Shown here one piece after another: positions 14,986-26,786 of a DNA stretch of 64,000 bases; positions within the stretch are counted from its first letter, which is position 1; the number at the start of each line of letters is the position of its first letter. Under the pieces are notes generated by a model that searched no databases, was not told the DNA's origin, and saw only the letters and a list, made by a program, of their open reading frames with translations. A program made the translations under genes and the position numbers. This stretch comes from Macrostomum hystrix (taxonomy: Eukaryota; Animalia; Platyhelminthes), in assembly GCA_950097015.1 (NCBI GenBank), contig CATNEN010000024.1, positions 5,456,001 to 5,520,000 on the forward strand, in the 5' to 3' direction.

Positions 14986-15817
14986 GTCATCGGTCATTCG
15001 GTTTATGAGCTATCGTGAAGTAGGCAGTGGGTATTTGAAATACCCCATTGTTATTTCCCACTGGGGGATATAGCGTGGTCCTTCTACTGTTAAAAAGCTC
15101 TAAAACGTACCTAAAATCGGTTAGAGAATGAGAATATTTAAATGCCGATAAAAAGAGACAACTAATAGCAACCTCGAGAGTAAACTCAGGCCCTGTATTT
15201 ATATTTGACCGATGCAAGCACAGAAAGTTGGCTTGGCAAAGCTAGATGCAGTATGCAAGTGTTAGCATTGGTATATATCTTTTAACACTAAATATAGGGA
15301 ACAGTAGAAATTGTGAAGTTCTATTTAGACATTAAAAAAATTATGCACATACACAATAGAATTTAAATACCATGTATAGTGAGAACAACTAACTTTAACA
15401 GCGAATTCAAATAGATAAACCTACATAAAAATGCATGCCAATTACCTAGAAATTCATAATTTAAAAGGTTCCTACATGCGCAAGTGCTAGACACGATGAG
15501 TACCGCAGACATTTACCAAAAGCACGACTTCAGGTTTGTAAATGATGAGCAGATGCTAGCACTAGCATAATTATAAATTAGCACAAGGGTGCAGCTAAAT
15601 GCCGGCATGTGGCAGACATTTTGCATAACTGAAAACACAAGCAAAGAGAACTTTGCAAATAAAACTAGACAATAGCAAAATTAATGAAAATAGCACAATC
15701 GGAGCATTTCTTATTTGAAGATAAAATTCTGTGCGCACTTTGCTACACATTTCATACACAAAGATGCAATTTTTGTAGAAATTTTTTTATGTACCAAGTC
15801 TGAAGAACCAAAACACA

Positions 15818-16580
15818 GTTTGATGTTGTTCCGAAACCCACACCGCCTTTGATGTTGTTCCGAAACCCACACCGTCTTTGATGTTGTTCCGAAACCCACA
15901 CCGTCTTTGATGTTGTTCCGAAACCCACACCGTCTTTGATGTTGTTCCGAAACCCACACCGTCTTTGATGTTGTTCCGAAACACACACCGCCTTTGACGT
16001 TGTTCCGAAACCCACACCGTCTTTGATGTTGTTCCGAAACCCACACCGTCTTTGATGTTGTTCCGAAACCCACATCGCCTTTGATATTGTTCCGAAACCC
16101 ACATTGCCTTTGATATTGTTCCGAAACCCACATTGCCTTTGATATTGTTCCGAAACCCACATTGCCTTTGATATTGTTCCGAAACCCACACCGCCTTTGA
16201 TTTTTTCAAGCCGAAACTGCCTTTGATGTTGTTCCGAAACACACACCGCCTTTGATTTTTTCAAGCCGAAACTGCCTTTGATGTTGTTCCGAAACCCACA
16301 TTACCGTTGATGTTTTTGCGAAAACCACATTACCGTTGATGTTGTTGCGAAACACACACCGCCTTTGATGTTGTTCCGAAACCCACACCGCCTTTGATGT
16401 TGCTCCGAAACCCACACCGCCTTTGATGTTGCTCCGAAACCCACACCGCCTTTGATGTTTTAAAAACGAAACGGCCTTTGATGCTGTTCAGAAACCCACA
16501 TTGCCTTTGATGTTTTTCCGAAACCCACACCGTCTTGGATGTTTTTCCGAAACCCACACCGTCTTGGATGTTGTCCTGAA
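15818..16580. repeat. 29-bp minisatellite
   Basis: tttgatgttgttccgaaacccacaccg(t/c)c, degenerating toward the right. Confidence 0.95.
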
Positions 16581-16781
16581 ATCCACACTTTTATGATTTG
16601 TTCTGAAATCTACATTTTCTTTGGTGTCTTGTGACATCGTGGATACAAAATGTGCGCACAATGTGAAAATACAGTGAAATAAAAATAGAATAAATTAGGA
16701 AGAAACAAGGGGAGTCAGTATAGCTAAGCAGGGAACATCAACACTGCTATTCAGCTCTGTCAATCATCCACTAGATTGCTG

Positions 16782-18813
16782 TCAGTCGCAGAAAGTAGCC
16801 CATGACACCAACACATCTTCCTTCTCCTTGACATCGACGGTGCCAACGTGCCGCCGCAATGCCAGTACGCGACCTTCCGGTTCAACTGGATAGGAAGCGC
16901 CGTTGAAACAGTCTTCGGTCTGTTGGAGCTGCTTATCGTCGTCTAGCAGGTTGAAAACGCCAGCAAGCCAACGCTGGCGACGACCTTTGACGCCGCTAGG
17001 ACCACCGACTGGCTCCCAGGGCAGGGCGAACGGGTGCCGCAGCCGGTCTGGGCCAGCTAAAAACGGAGCCAAAACATCCGACGCGGACTTTGCCAAAACG
17101 CACACCGGAGCTCCGGAGGGAACAACAGTGGCACCGGTCGCTGCCGCCTTCGCTGTTGCCGCGGCTGTGACAGCCCTTCGACGCAGCTCTTCGGCGCGAC
17201 GTCGAATAGAGGAAGTGGAGGCAAGCGTCGATGACAACTTGCGACTGCCACCACCGTCAGAAGAAGCCGGAGAGGCTGGAAGCGACGGTGTGACGTTCTC
17301 TTGGTCCGATGTCGGCACTGACTCTGATCGACGCGGCCGCTTGGCCGCCGCAATCGACGACATCGACGATGAAGACTCGCCGTCGAAGCCATCGTCTTCG
17401 TTATCGCCATCCGAGGCAGCTGATATTGAAGGCGAAGACGGGGCCTGTCGTTTTAAAATCCGCCTGCTAGAGTGTCGATTGTTTTTGTCGACAACGGAGC
17501 AGACGGACTCGAGTTTGGCAGTCTGGCCAACTGTGTTCGAGCTGCGCCTAGCTGGCCGGTTGCGACTGTCAATGGAAAGCACCGTGTAGTGCCGAGCTTT
17601 CGGATCCTCGTCAGGACAGTCGTGATCTAGCAATTAGTGGGAGAAGTTCGTACCTATAGAAACTGTATGCTAAATTTTAAGTTGCACTCAAGTCTATGAA
17701 CACGAAAGTTCAAATGCTTATTCATAATAATATCATGTCTGTTATTTAAACGATCTTTCCCATAATTCCTAAGTTAGTGGTAAGCAAAAACACCGCCTTA
17801 CCTAACAGATGATGGTGCAATGCAAACTTTTTCTTGCACAGTCCACAGACCATCAGGTTGATGCTGTGCGTGCTGCGCAGGTGATGTTGCAGATCGCGAA
17901 AATAGCCAACACAAGTGGCACAGTGGGCACACTGCAGTAAGCCTGGCGCGTGCCTCGCCTGATGCAGCCGCAGCCGTTTAGCTGTGCTCATTGTAACTGA
18001 GCACACTGAGCACGAGAAGATTTCAGACTCTGCGGACATCAACAAGTTAGTCGATACGCCGGTCGAAGAATCTATTACGCCCCTTGACGGAAAAGAAGCG
18101 CCAGTCGATGTTTCTGGAGCGCCATTCGATGGAAATAAATTGGTAGACGATGTTTCAGGAGCGCCATTCGATGGAAATAAATTGGTAGACGATGTTTCAG
18201 GAGCGCCATTCGATGGAAATAAATTGGTAGACGATGTTTCTGGAGCGCCATTCGATGGAAATAAATTGGTAGACGATGTTTCAGGAGCGCCATTCGATGG
18301 AAATAAATTGGTAGACGATGTTTCAGGAGCGCCATTCGATGGAAATAAATTGGTAGACGATGTTTCTGGAGCGCCATTCGATGGAAATAAATTGGTAGAC
18401 GATGCTTCAGGAGCGCCATTCGATGGGCAAGAAGAGGCTAACGAAGTTTCTGGAGCGCCATTTGTTGGGCAAGATGTAGCTGCGGACGTATCTGTAGCGT
18501 CAGACGACTGTTCAGTAGCACAAAGCAATAATGCGGTGTCACCACACGATCCAGAAGAAGGCGAAACTGTTTTACAATCAGAATTGTTGTTAGACATCAT
18601 GAGCATTTTTAACAGGCATAACTTTTGCCCTTGATTCTGTCTTTTGTCTTCTGCATCCTGTTGATTGACAACTGAAACGAATGACTTGCTGTTCAGTGGT
18701 GAAACTGAAGATACAGCACCTGTCTGAGGAATTCCGTGAGCAAATTCTGAGTCTTCCACATCCATTGGTTCATCATTTTCGACACTATTTAGAGACTCAA
18801 TAGCAGATGCCAT
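16782..18813 (-). CDS. C2H2 zinc-finger protein; exons 18813-17802 and 17626-16782
   Basis: CSVC-x12-HQARH, CAHC-x12-HLRSTH, and a third CGLC...H finger spanning the junction (TTAG/GTAAGG to GCTAG/ATCAC, phase 1; 619 codons). Confidence 0.75.
18105..18465. repeat. 42-bp in-frame repeat (GAPETSSTNLFPSN)n within the zinc-finger ORF
   Basis: ggagcgccattcgatggaaataaattggtagacgatgtttc(a/t), ~8-9 copies. Confidence 0.95.
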
Positions 18814-21105
18814 TCTTGAATAAAGCTTTTGGTTAAATCTGAAAATATTCGAAGTGTCATCGTGTGTAAGACCTAAGGCTAATCAAAATGCTAATGGCAT
18901 TTGGTTGGTTATAAACAGACAATTTAGTATCATTACAAATGCAATGAAAATGGTTAACTGTTGATTCAAGAAAAACAATTAATATGTAATTAAGAAGAAA
19001 TGGAAGCTTAATTCATGCCTTTAGTAAACTAAATGAAAACTTTATTTGTACCAAATGCTCAGACTGTACCAATTGCATGCCCCTTGCTTAATAGGTTTGC
19101 AGTAGAAGTAGTAGGGACAGGAGCTAGTTGAAGTGGTCTATAGGTCAGCTCATCAAAAGTAATTAACAACATGACAGCTTATTATGGCCCCAGTATTTAT
19201 TGTCTATTGGCTGCTAGACAAGGGTCAACATTAGAAGGTTTAGATTGCTATCCCTATTACTACTATTGACTATTGCTTTAGAAGTTGCAGTGGCACTAGC
19301 AGTTAGTATATTTGGCATTAGGGCAATAATAAAGTCTAAAGGAAGGGGTGCAAGTATAACATGAGTGTATCACCTAATAGGGTAAACCTAAAACATAATG
19401 TGGCAATGACCAATAGTTATGTCTAAGTATGTTAAATACTATGATTACTACTATTAAAATAGCCAAAGGAATGTTGATATATTATGATATCTAGTTAAAA
19501 GAAAAAACAACTGAACAAGCATTAAACATAACATAGATGGAATATGAATAAAACTTTTGGACATGAACCATTTTTATGCCAGTTAGGAATATAGTAGTTA
19601 TATGAATGGCACTTTGAAAAAAATACTTTATGGACTTTGTTTGAGGGTTTTATTTACAAAAGAAAATAAATGCTATGTTTTGCCTATTATGTGCAATTGT
19701 AAGGTTTGATTGACTTTACTAACTCAACTGCCATTTGTGAAGAATTGCTACTTATTGAGTGTCTATGTAGGTAGAGGCGACACTATAGCAGTTTACTCAA
19801 AATTTCTGTCCTTAAGAACAGCTGTTTCAACATGGATTTAAAGCTTGAATGGCATAAGTATGGTTTTGTTTGTTAAACTCAAATTCGTGCAAAAATCTAA
19901 ATCTAAGACCATAATGATAGGCCCTACACGATTTGAAATTTAAGTACTGACATGGCAGTGTCTATGGCCAAAATATACCCCATAAAGTTGTCAAAGATTA
20001 TCACAATTCAATCAAAATTCTGGCAATCAACAATAAGAAGTTTACAGCCTCAGCTATCTAATGACTCCCTTAAATTGATAGGCTAAACCTAATGCTAGGG
20101 CCTAATGATAGACTTAAGTCTACCTAAGACTTATTATAGCATGATTTTATAGACTTCAGGCCTATAGAAAATGCCTATATAGTATAGTATATAAAAGCTA
20201 AGCTGAAGAAAGTAAAAACTTTTTGTGGTGTAATAGAGGGTACCAACCACTTTGGCAAAAGACACTTTGGCGAAGCCACATTGGCGAAAGGTTTTTCTTT
20301 GCACTTTACTATGGTTTTGGTTTACTTTGTATCTATAACCATTTGAAATAGGGCCTATTCAAATAATTAATTTGCATTTGATTAAAAATTCAAAATTACT
20401 ATTCTAAATATTCTTGAAAGCCACCCAAGGGCTTACAGATGTCACTGAATAGGCCTAAGGGGTGGCTGGGTTTAGACAAAAAAGACAACATTTATTTATT
20501 ATGTCTCTAATACAAATTAATTACTTGAATATTTTAAATGGTTAAAAAGCTAGTCTATATATATAAAAGTGAAAACTCTGTCTGTGTGTGTGTGTGCAAC
20601 CTTTTGTCTTTATAGATGCCGAAACCGCTCAACCAAATCGCACCAAACTTTGCACATACCTAAAACCACCTACGCTGAGTGCAATAGGCTACTCAAATTC
20701 CCAAAAAATCATTTCCTTCCTGCTCAAAAGTGCAAAAAACTGCTCAAAAATCGTCAAAAAATCACTCAATTCGACATATTGTCGCCCCACTTTGTCAGAT
20801 TTTCTCCAAATTTGATCCACTTACACTTTACATGTTTTCCAACAATGCTGTCAATTTTGAACATCTCTACTCAATCCAGAGCAAAGCTGCATCATCTCAA
20901 AGTGAGTCACTTTTTGTTTTCCGAGGACAGCCACCCCAACTCCCCTCCGCCACTCTGCGGGCCAAATTTTATTACAGCCACCCCCTCCCTTCCCCGGGCG
21001 CCGAAGCCCCAGACTGTACATTGTATTTCAAGCCGTGAATGTACACAGCCCAAACCCCTAGACTGTCTACTGGCCCCCAAGCAGCACTGAGACTGAGTGC
21101 GGTGA

Positions 21106-21810
21106 GTGCAGTGGCGTCCCAGTGCGCAGCTAGGCTCTCCGGTCGATATTTCTCTCCAGCCAGCCTGGGATAGAAGAAAGAGAGAGGCTGGCGTTGACTG
21201 GCTGTCAGAGAGGGCAATTCTGTGTCCTAGAAATGATGCCGCCAATGAAATTAACTACCAACTGCTTCAGGAGTTGCCAGGTGCAGTTTTCACCTACAAG
21301 TCAATTGATACAACATTGACTGATGACACCGCTGTGGAGTATCCTGTTGAGTTTCTGAACTCTCTAGATCCTCCTGGAACTCCATCGCACAACTTGCAGC
21401 TGAAAGTTGGGGCACCAATTATGCTCCTCCGCAACCTGAATGCGCCAAGGCTGTGTAACGGCACCAGACTGATAGTCAGGCGGCTCTTCCCACACGTGAT
21501 TGAGGCCACGATAATGACTGGATCTGGCAGAGGAGAGTCTGTGTTCGTTCCCCGGATTCCAATTATCCCCACGGACCTGCCATTTCAGTTCAAGCGACTG
21601 CAGTTCCCTGTGAGAGTGTGCTTTGCGATGACTATTAACAAGGCTCAGGGACAGTCGATGAAGGTGGCTGGCATCAACCTGGAGACTCCTTACTTCTCGC
21701 ATGGGCAGCTTTATGTCGCCTGCTCCCGTGTTGGAACTCCAGCTGGCCTATTCATTTTCGCACCAAGGGGAAGAACGAAGAATGTGGTGTATCCCCAGGC
21801 CTTGAGGTGA
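21106..21810 (+). pseudogene. C-terminal half of Helitron PIF1-family helicase
   Basis: AILCPRND, LKVGAPIMLLRNL, LCNGTRL, RLQFPVRVCFAMTINKAQGQS, FSHGQLYVACSRV. Rep domain and N-terminal helicase motifs are absent. Confidence 0.9.
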
Positions 21811-21962
21811 CTCGCAAGCAATTAATAGAAAAGTAGTCACGAATTGACCTTGACCTGTCTAACTCTGAACTCTGAAACAGTTTAATTTTGTTTCTTTGAC
21901 ATTGTTATTGTTATGCCATGGCTATTTTCCTTATGTATACGCGTGTACATGCATACTGTATA

Positions 21963-22156
21963 CAGAGGCAGATTTAGGGGGGGGGGCAGGGGGGCAGTCA
22001 CCCCCCTAAATTTTAATCATGGGAATAAGATGCCCCCACCAGGGGGCGCCAGTCTCAGCACTGGCGCCCTTTTTCGGCCGCTGGCACCCCCTCTGTGATT
22101 CTCATGGCGCTCCCCTGACAGACCGCCCCAAAACAAAATTCCTGGATCTGCCACTG
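21963..22156. mobile_element. hAT-type MITE (194 bp) with 8-bp TSD
   Basis: TIRs cagaggcagatttag / ctggatctgccactg; ACTGTATA duplicated at 21955-21962 and 22157-22164. Confidence 0.88.
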
Positions 22157-23139
22157 ACTGTATAGAGGAGTGGCTAAGAGACATGTTTCTAAAGAAGTAA
22201 TCAAGAGGGGGCTGTTTGGACAAACTTTTCACTTTACTTTTTACTTAAAACGCCCTTAAACAAACTCTTCACTTTTCATTAATGCAGTAAATAAATAAAT
22301 GGTGACCTTCACTACAAAGTTAATACAGAGACGTGAATTGCTTACTGCTTTGCTTTAAATTTCTGCCCCAAAAACAACGGGCAAAAAAAGCTAGTAGGAT
22401 ATAAAGTAAAACAAATCCACAGTAATGACTTGGCCAAAAAGGTCAAGCATTAAGGCAAAGAAAAACCTTTCGCCAATGTGGCTTTGCCAAAGTGTCTTTC
22501 GCCGATGTGATCTTTCACCAAAGTGGTCTGAAACCAAAATAGATGGCCTTCTCTAGGCCTAGCAGTAAGCAGTAGTACTAACAGGCCAGGCCAGCTAGTT
22601 ATAAATTATACTAGGCCTAGCCTCATATTAATGCACGACCAAATGTTATTCATTAGGCCTTTGTCAATAGGCCCTAGCCTAGTTTATGAAAAACATCGTC
22701 GTTCTACACGTCTATAGGGGCCTACTTCTAGTACCAGAACCAGTACCAGAAAAAACCAGTGCCTATCCCTAGTCAAATTTATTTTATGTCTGTAGGGCCT
22801 AGCACTTAGATCAGTGATATCTCACCCTCTGTCATTTGTTTCTGTAAGTTTTTTAAGCTAGTTCTTTGTACAATTAACTATCCAATAATTATAATATTCT
22901 AATGTCAATAGACAATGGCTAAAGCCTACGATGTAGATAGACGTCTATAATTCCAGTACCAGAACCAGTACCAGAACCATTACCAGAAAAAAAGTCATCT
23001 TATAGCCAACAAAAAATCGACAAGCAACTAATAAAAAGACTTTTAACAGATGAAATACTTATATATCGGTCCAAAAATCTTTGTTGCGAAAAAAATGAAA
23101 AAATCGACGGACTTGCGCACAAAGACACAAGAATCGTAA

Positions 23140-23960
23140 ATTTTTTTAGTAGTAGTTGTTGGTTCAGGCAAGATGCCTGTTTGGCCAATAAAGTGTAACG
23201 GGTATATTTTTATTACGACATTTAAATATATTATAAATCACGAAACACGAATAAAGAAACAGTTAATTGAAAGTTTGAAAAAGTGCGAAAATCGAAAAGC
23301 AAACGAAGATAACGATGTAAGAAACTAAATATTATATTAGCAGCAAATAAAATGCAAATAATAGGAGCACATGGGGAGAAGGGGCGGGCAAAATAACGAG
23401 GCACGAAAAAAGGCTTAGGGAGACAAAAAAGATAACGAAGTGAAATAGACATATATCATATTTTAGCATAAAGCATATTGCATGATTTAGTACCAAACAA
23501 GGTCAAAAAAGAAAATAAAGAAAAAATAAATAAAAGAAAACTAGTGCTTAGCATAGAGAAGGAGAAAGAACAAAGCAAAAGAGAAGGAGAGGGAGGAGAG
23601 AACACCGCAAAGGAGTAGAGAAGGAGAACATGGAACAGATGGATTAGATTTTATCAAGAAGATGGTAAACATATTTTACAAAACAAAGGTCTTGTTTAGA
23701 TTTGTTCGGAGAGGCACAAAGACCAATTTTATAGAAATCTCTAAGGGATGGATCGTCCTTCTTTAAGAGTCTTCTACGGATGAGTTTGAGGTGATTGCAA
23801 GTACTGATAAAGTGGAAGATGTCAGGTGGATAGTCTGAGTTACATAATTGACATTTGGCAAGGTGATTGGGTGTGTTTCTTAGGTACAAATTCGGATTTA
23901 AGTTTCATGTACAATGAAAGCAAATTTTTGTTTCTGAAGAGGCTAGCAAAGTGCAGAAAT
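23140..23960 (-). mobile_element. 5-prime-truncated non-LTR retrotransposon tail inserted in the left arm
   Basis: KCQLCNSDYPPDIFHFISTC is a CCHC knuckle typical of LINE ORF2 C-termini, followed by a pyrimidine-rich 3-prime UTR. The segment is absent from the right arm. Confidence 0.6.
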
Positions 23961-24942
23961 AAGGAATGTGGATAGCTTTGAAGAGTGAGAAATCATAGTA
24001 GTAGCTTAATCTTTTCACAAAAAGTTTTCTAATCCATTTTTTCATAGAATAAAACAAATTTGATAATCCAAACAAGTAAACAAATACGAAGAGCGGTGTA
24101 TTAAAAATCACAACTACTAAAATCTCAACACAAAACTCACCTCACTGAATGTGTTTGTATTATTTCTTATTTTTATAATCATAGTAAACTTCAGCAAACA
24201 AAACTAAGAATATAACCTCACTAAATCTGGTCGTCAAAAGTAGCTGAAAACTCAGATCTGGAAGGAAACATTATCTGTTAACACGACTGTAAAATTTCAG
24301 AGCCCTGACTAGTCGCGTCTGGGAGTTGTAGACCCTCGAGTCCCCCACTCTGACATCTCCCATTTTAAAAGTACTTTTCGTCACCTCACTGAATCTGCTG
24401 CTGGTTGTCAAAAGAAGCTGAAAACTCAGATCTGGAAGGAAGCATTATCTGTGAACACGGCTGTAAAATTTCTAAAGTTTTCTGAAGAAGCTGAAAATGA
24501 GGTTTAGAAGGAGCTATTGTTTCTGTAGTCTGTAGTTTTTTTAGTTTTTTTGTTTGATTTTGCCTAATATAATTTAAGATTTGCTTTTGGAATATTTTTC
24601 GTGAGCCCTGCTCTTTTTGAAACCAGGCTTGGGACTGGCTATAGGAAGAGTTTTTCACAAAGTCTTTAATAATTTTTTGTTACTTTTTTATAATATTTTT
24701 GTTTTTTTTCTAAGCTTTTCGTTTTAGTGTTTTTGTGTCACACAAAGGCCAATATTTTACATAAGTCGTACAATATTTTGCAGCTTATATTATTCACAGT
24801 TTTACATGAAAAACTGTAGTATAATTTTTACAGAAATTGACTTGTTGTTATAACAAAAACTACAGAATTGACATTTCATTTTTAAGCAAGAAGCTTTTAG
24901 TGATTAGTTTTTTTCGCTGCACTTCTTGGTGCATCCATCCAG

Positions 24943-26700
24943 CTATCGCGTTGCTGCGTATTCGGCACAGGAGCAGACGTAGCCGTTGGAGGCGTGGCGC
25001 TGGTGCATATCTTTCGATGCACACTCATGGTGCAGCCACAAATCACAAAGATCACATTGCAGCCAAGTTCCAGTCGCACTGGGTTCAGCTTCATGACAGC
25101 GAGCGCACGAGTTGGTGGATTCTTCATTTTCTCTTTCCAAGTCTTTCCAGATGCAGATTCGAGCTCTGTTAAGAAATCCCTCCGTTGTTGGACAGCACAA
25201 AGCTCGGAACTCGGTATCAGCAGATGTTACTAGACCTTTCGCATACAGACAGACAAAATACACCACAGCTATGACCATCAGACTGCAATGATCTCAACAT
25301 TGATTTATTTTTATACGTACCTAAAATTTCTGGCTTGTCTTCGCAAATACTGCATGGTGGTGCTTTTGATTAGGTTTTGCCAGTTTTATAAAATGTTTTG
25401 GTATCGACTTATCTGAGATAGGTTTTGTGTCTAGGACAGCTAGTTCTTTGCGTGTCGTGTCAATATAGACTAAGTAGAAGTGGTCGTTCTGAAGAATCGG
25501 ACAGATTAAACGGGTGCATTTGTTTGAAACTGTCGCTCTTAGCATGTCAATCGCAGCGCTCGAATCTCCTTTGCGAATGCAGCTAAAGAAGCTGGATGGT
25601 AGGTGGCCCGCTTTGCTGCTTGGGTTGCATACGCAAAGTACTCGTAGATGTATGAATGAATTTACTATACTCCGACAGAAAGCGACTTTCCGGGTTCCAA
25701 TGATTCTTTATCAAACTCAGTTAGGAAGTCTCCAGCGCGGGTGCACCACACCTTTTCCCGTTCTTCTGTGCCTTGCTGCTTTCTATTCTAATTGTCGCTG
25801 ATTCTGTTCTCTGTCGCTTGTACTTTGAACGACTAACCCACTCGGCCCTTCGCCAAATATCTTCGTGCTTTCTCTTCCTTCCAGATAACGTTGCTTTTCC
25901 TCGATACTTTGTTGATTATGTCGAGAGCTGTTAATCTTGTTTTTAAATATTTTACCCGTCCGCAAATAAAACTCGACACGTTCACCCTGGAAGCCTTGCC
26001 GAACCTTGTTTTTCGAGATTTAACGTCTGAAAAGCACGATTCTACGTAAGAGTTTGAAAACCAACTTTTATTCTTTCTGAAGCTCTTGATACTCCCGATG
26101 AAATGGCAGAACAATGGAGCTAAACTACACCAGTGCTTCAGCAAGTAAACCAGCAGTTTTGGTGAGTCATAGCTTTTAAGTGGCCCGGCTGGCTCGTCGG
26201 TTGCATCAATATACTTGCCTGTCGGGTCGACTTGAAAAGAAAAGTGTACGGACAGCTTTCGCGCAGAGAAGCAAATCGAGAACTTTCGGCCTGCTCTTCC
26301 TTATCGTTATTTATTTCATCGCGCGCTTTGAATATTCTTTGTCCACCGGCTCAGTTTCCCAATTGTTAATCGCTGATCTTAATTCTTACGGATCTCGCTG
26401 CCCTAAAAATGTATCTACAGTGAGACTCAAGCTAGTTTCAAACGCTTCAAAAGTCTCCTGATGCAATAAAAAGACAAATGCCCTAATAAATAATTCCCGC
26501 ATAGCTTTACCTTCCGCAGTTTTAGACTTCAGTTGTATGCCATTAATGAACGCACGGATTACGTGATTTGTGCAAATGAATGGAATCGTGTACTTGATTT
26601 GTTTCCCCATGCGTAACGCACAATGTGTATCAATAAGGTATTGCTCCCCGCCTGATAAAAAAGTTATCTTTCCACTGGGCTCCAAGCTATTCGAAAATGA
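24943..26700 (-). pseudogene. Decayed Mutator-like DDE transposase region with Ulp1-like protease and PHD finger
   Basis: FICTNHVIRAF (CxxH motif), FSNSYVESCFSDVK (catalytic Glu region), ICPILQNDHFYLVYID...LAVLDT (Ulp1/C48 His-Asp), CARC...WLQCDLCDLWLHHEC...YVCSSC (PHD). Split over several frames. Confidence 0.65.
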
Positions 26701-26786
26701 AAAACAAAAATAGTTATTGATCCGCCTGCACCACTCTCGAAATCAACAGCAACTTCAGCATTAGTACAATCCCTAACTTCTGAATC

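Larger units (their letters stand above)
20554..22394 (+). mobile_element. Helitron, internally deleted
   Basis: 5-prime TCTATATATATAAAA end at 20554. 3-prime tgccc...gggca hairpin (22364-22383) followed by CTAG(T) at 22391-22395. PIF1-type helicase fragment inside. Confidence 0.85.
20239..22535. mobile_element. TIR DNA element with short subterminal repeats, interrupted by a Helitron
   Basis: 20239-20302 (ggtaccaaccactttggc...attggcgaaaggtttttctttgc) is the inverted complement of 22455-22535. Flanks gtaatagag/aaaatagat are only a partial 9-bp match. Confidence 0.7.

Noticed and set aside
14290-16557. Repeat-rich ORFs (PSVITPIDYQ..., GFGTTSK...)
   Set aside because: Translations of 48-bp and 29-bp minisatellites with no splice or domain support.
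18900-20230. Possible gene or LINE relic in the AT-rich spacer
   Set aside because: No ORF of 60 aa or more and no motif I could support.
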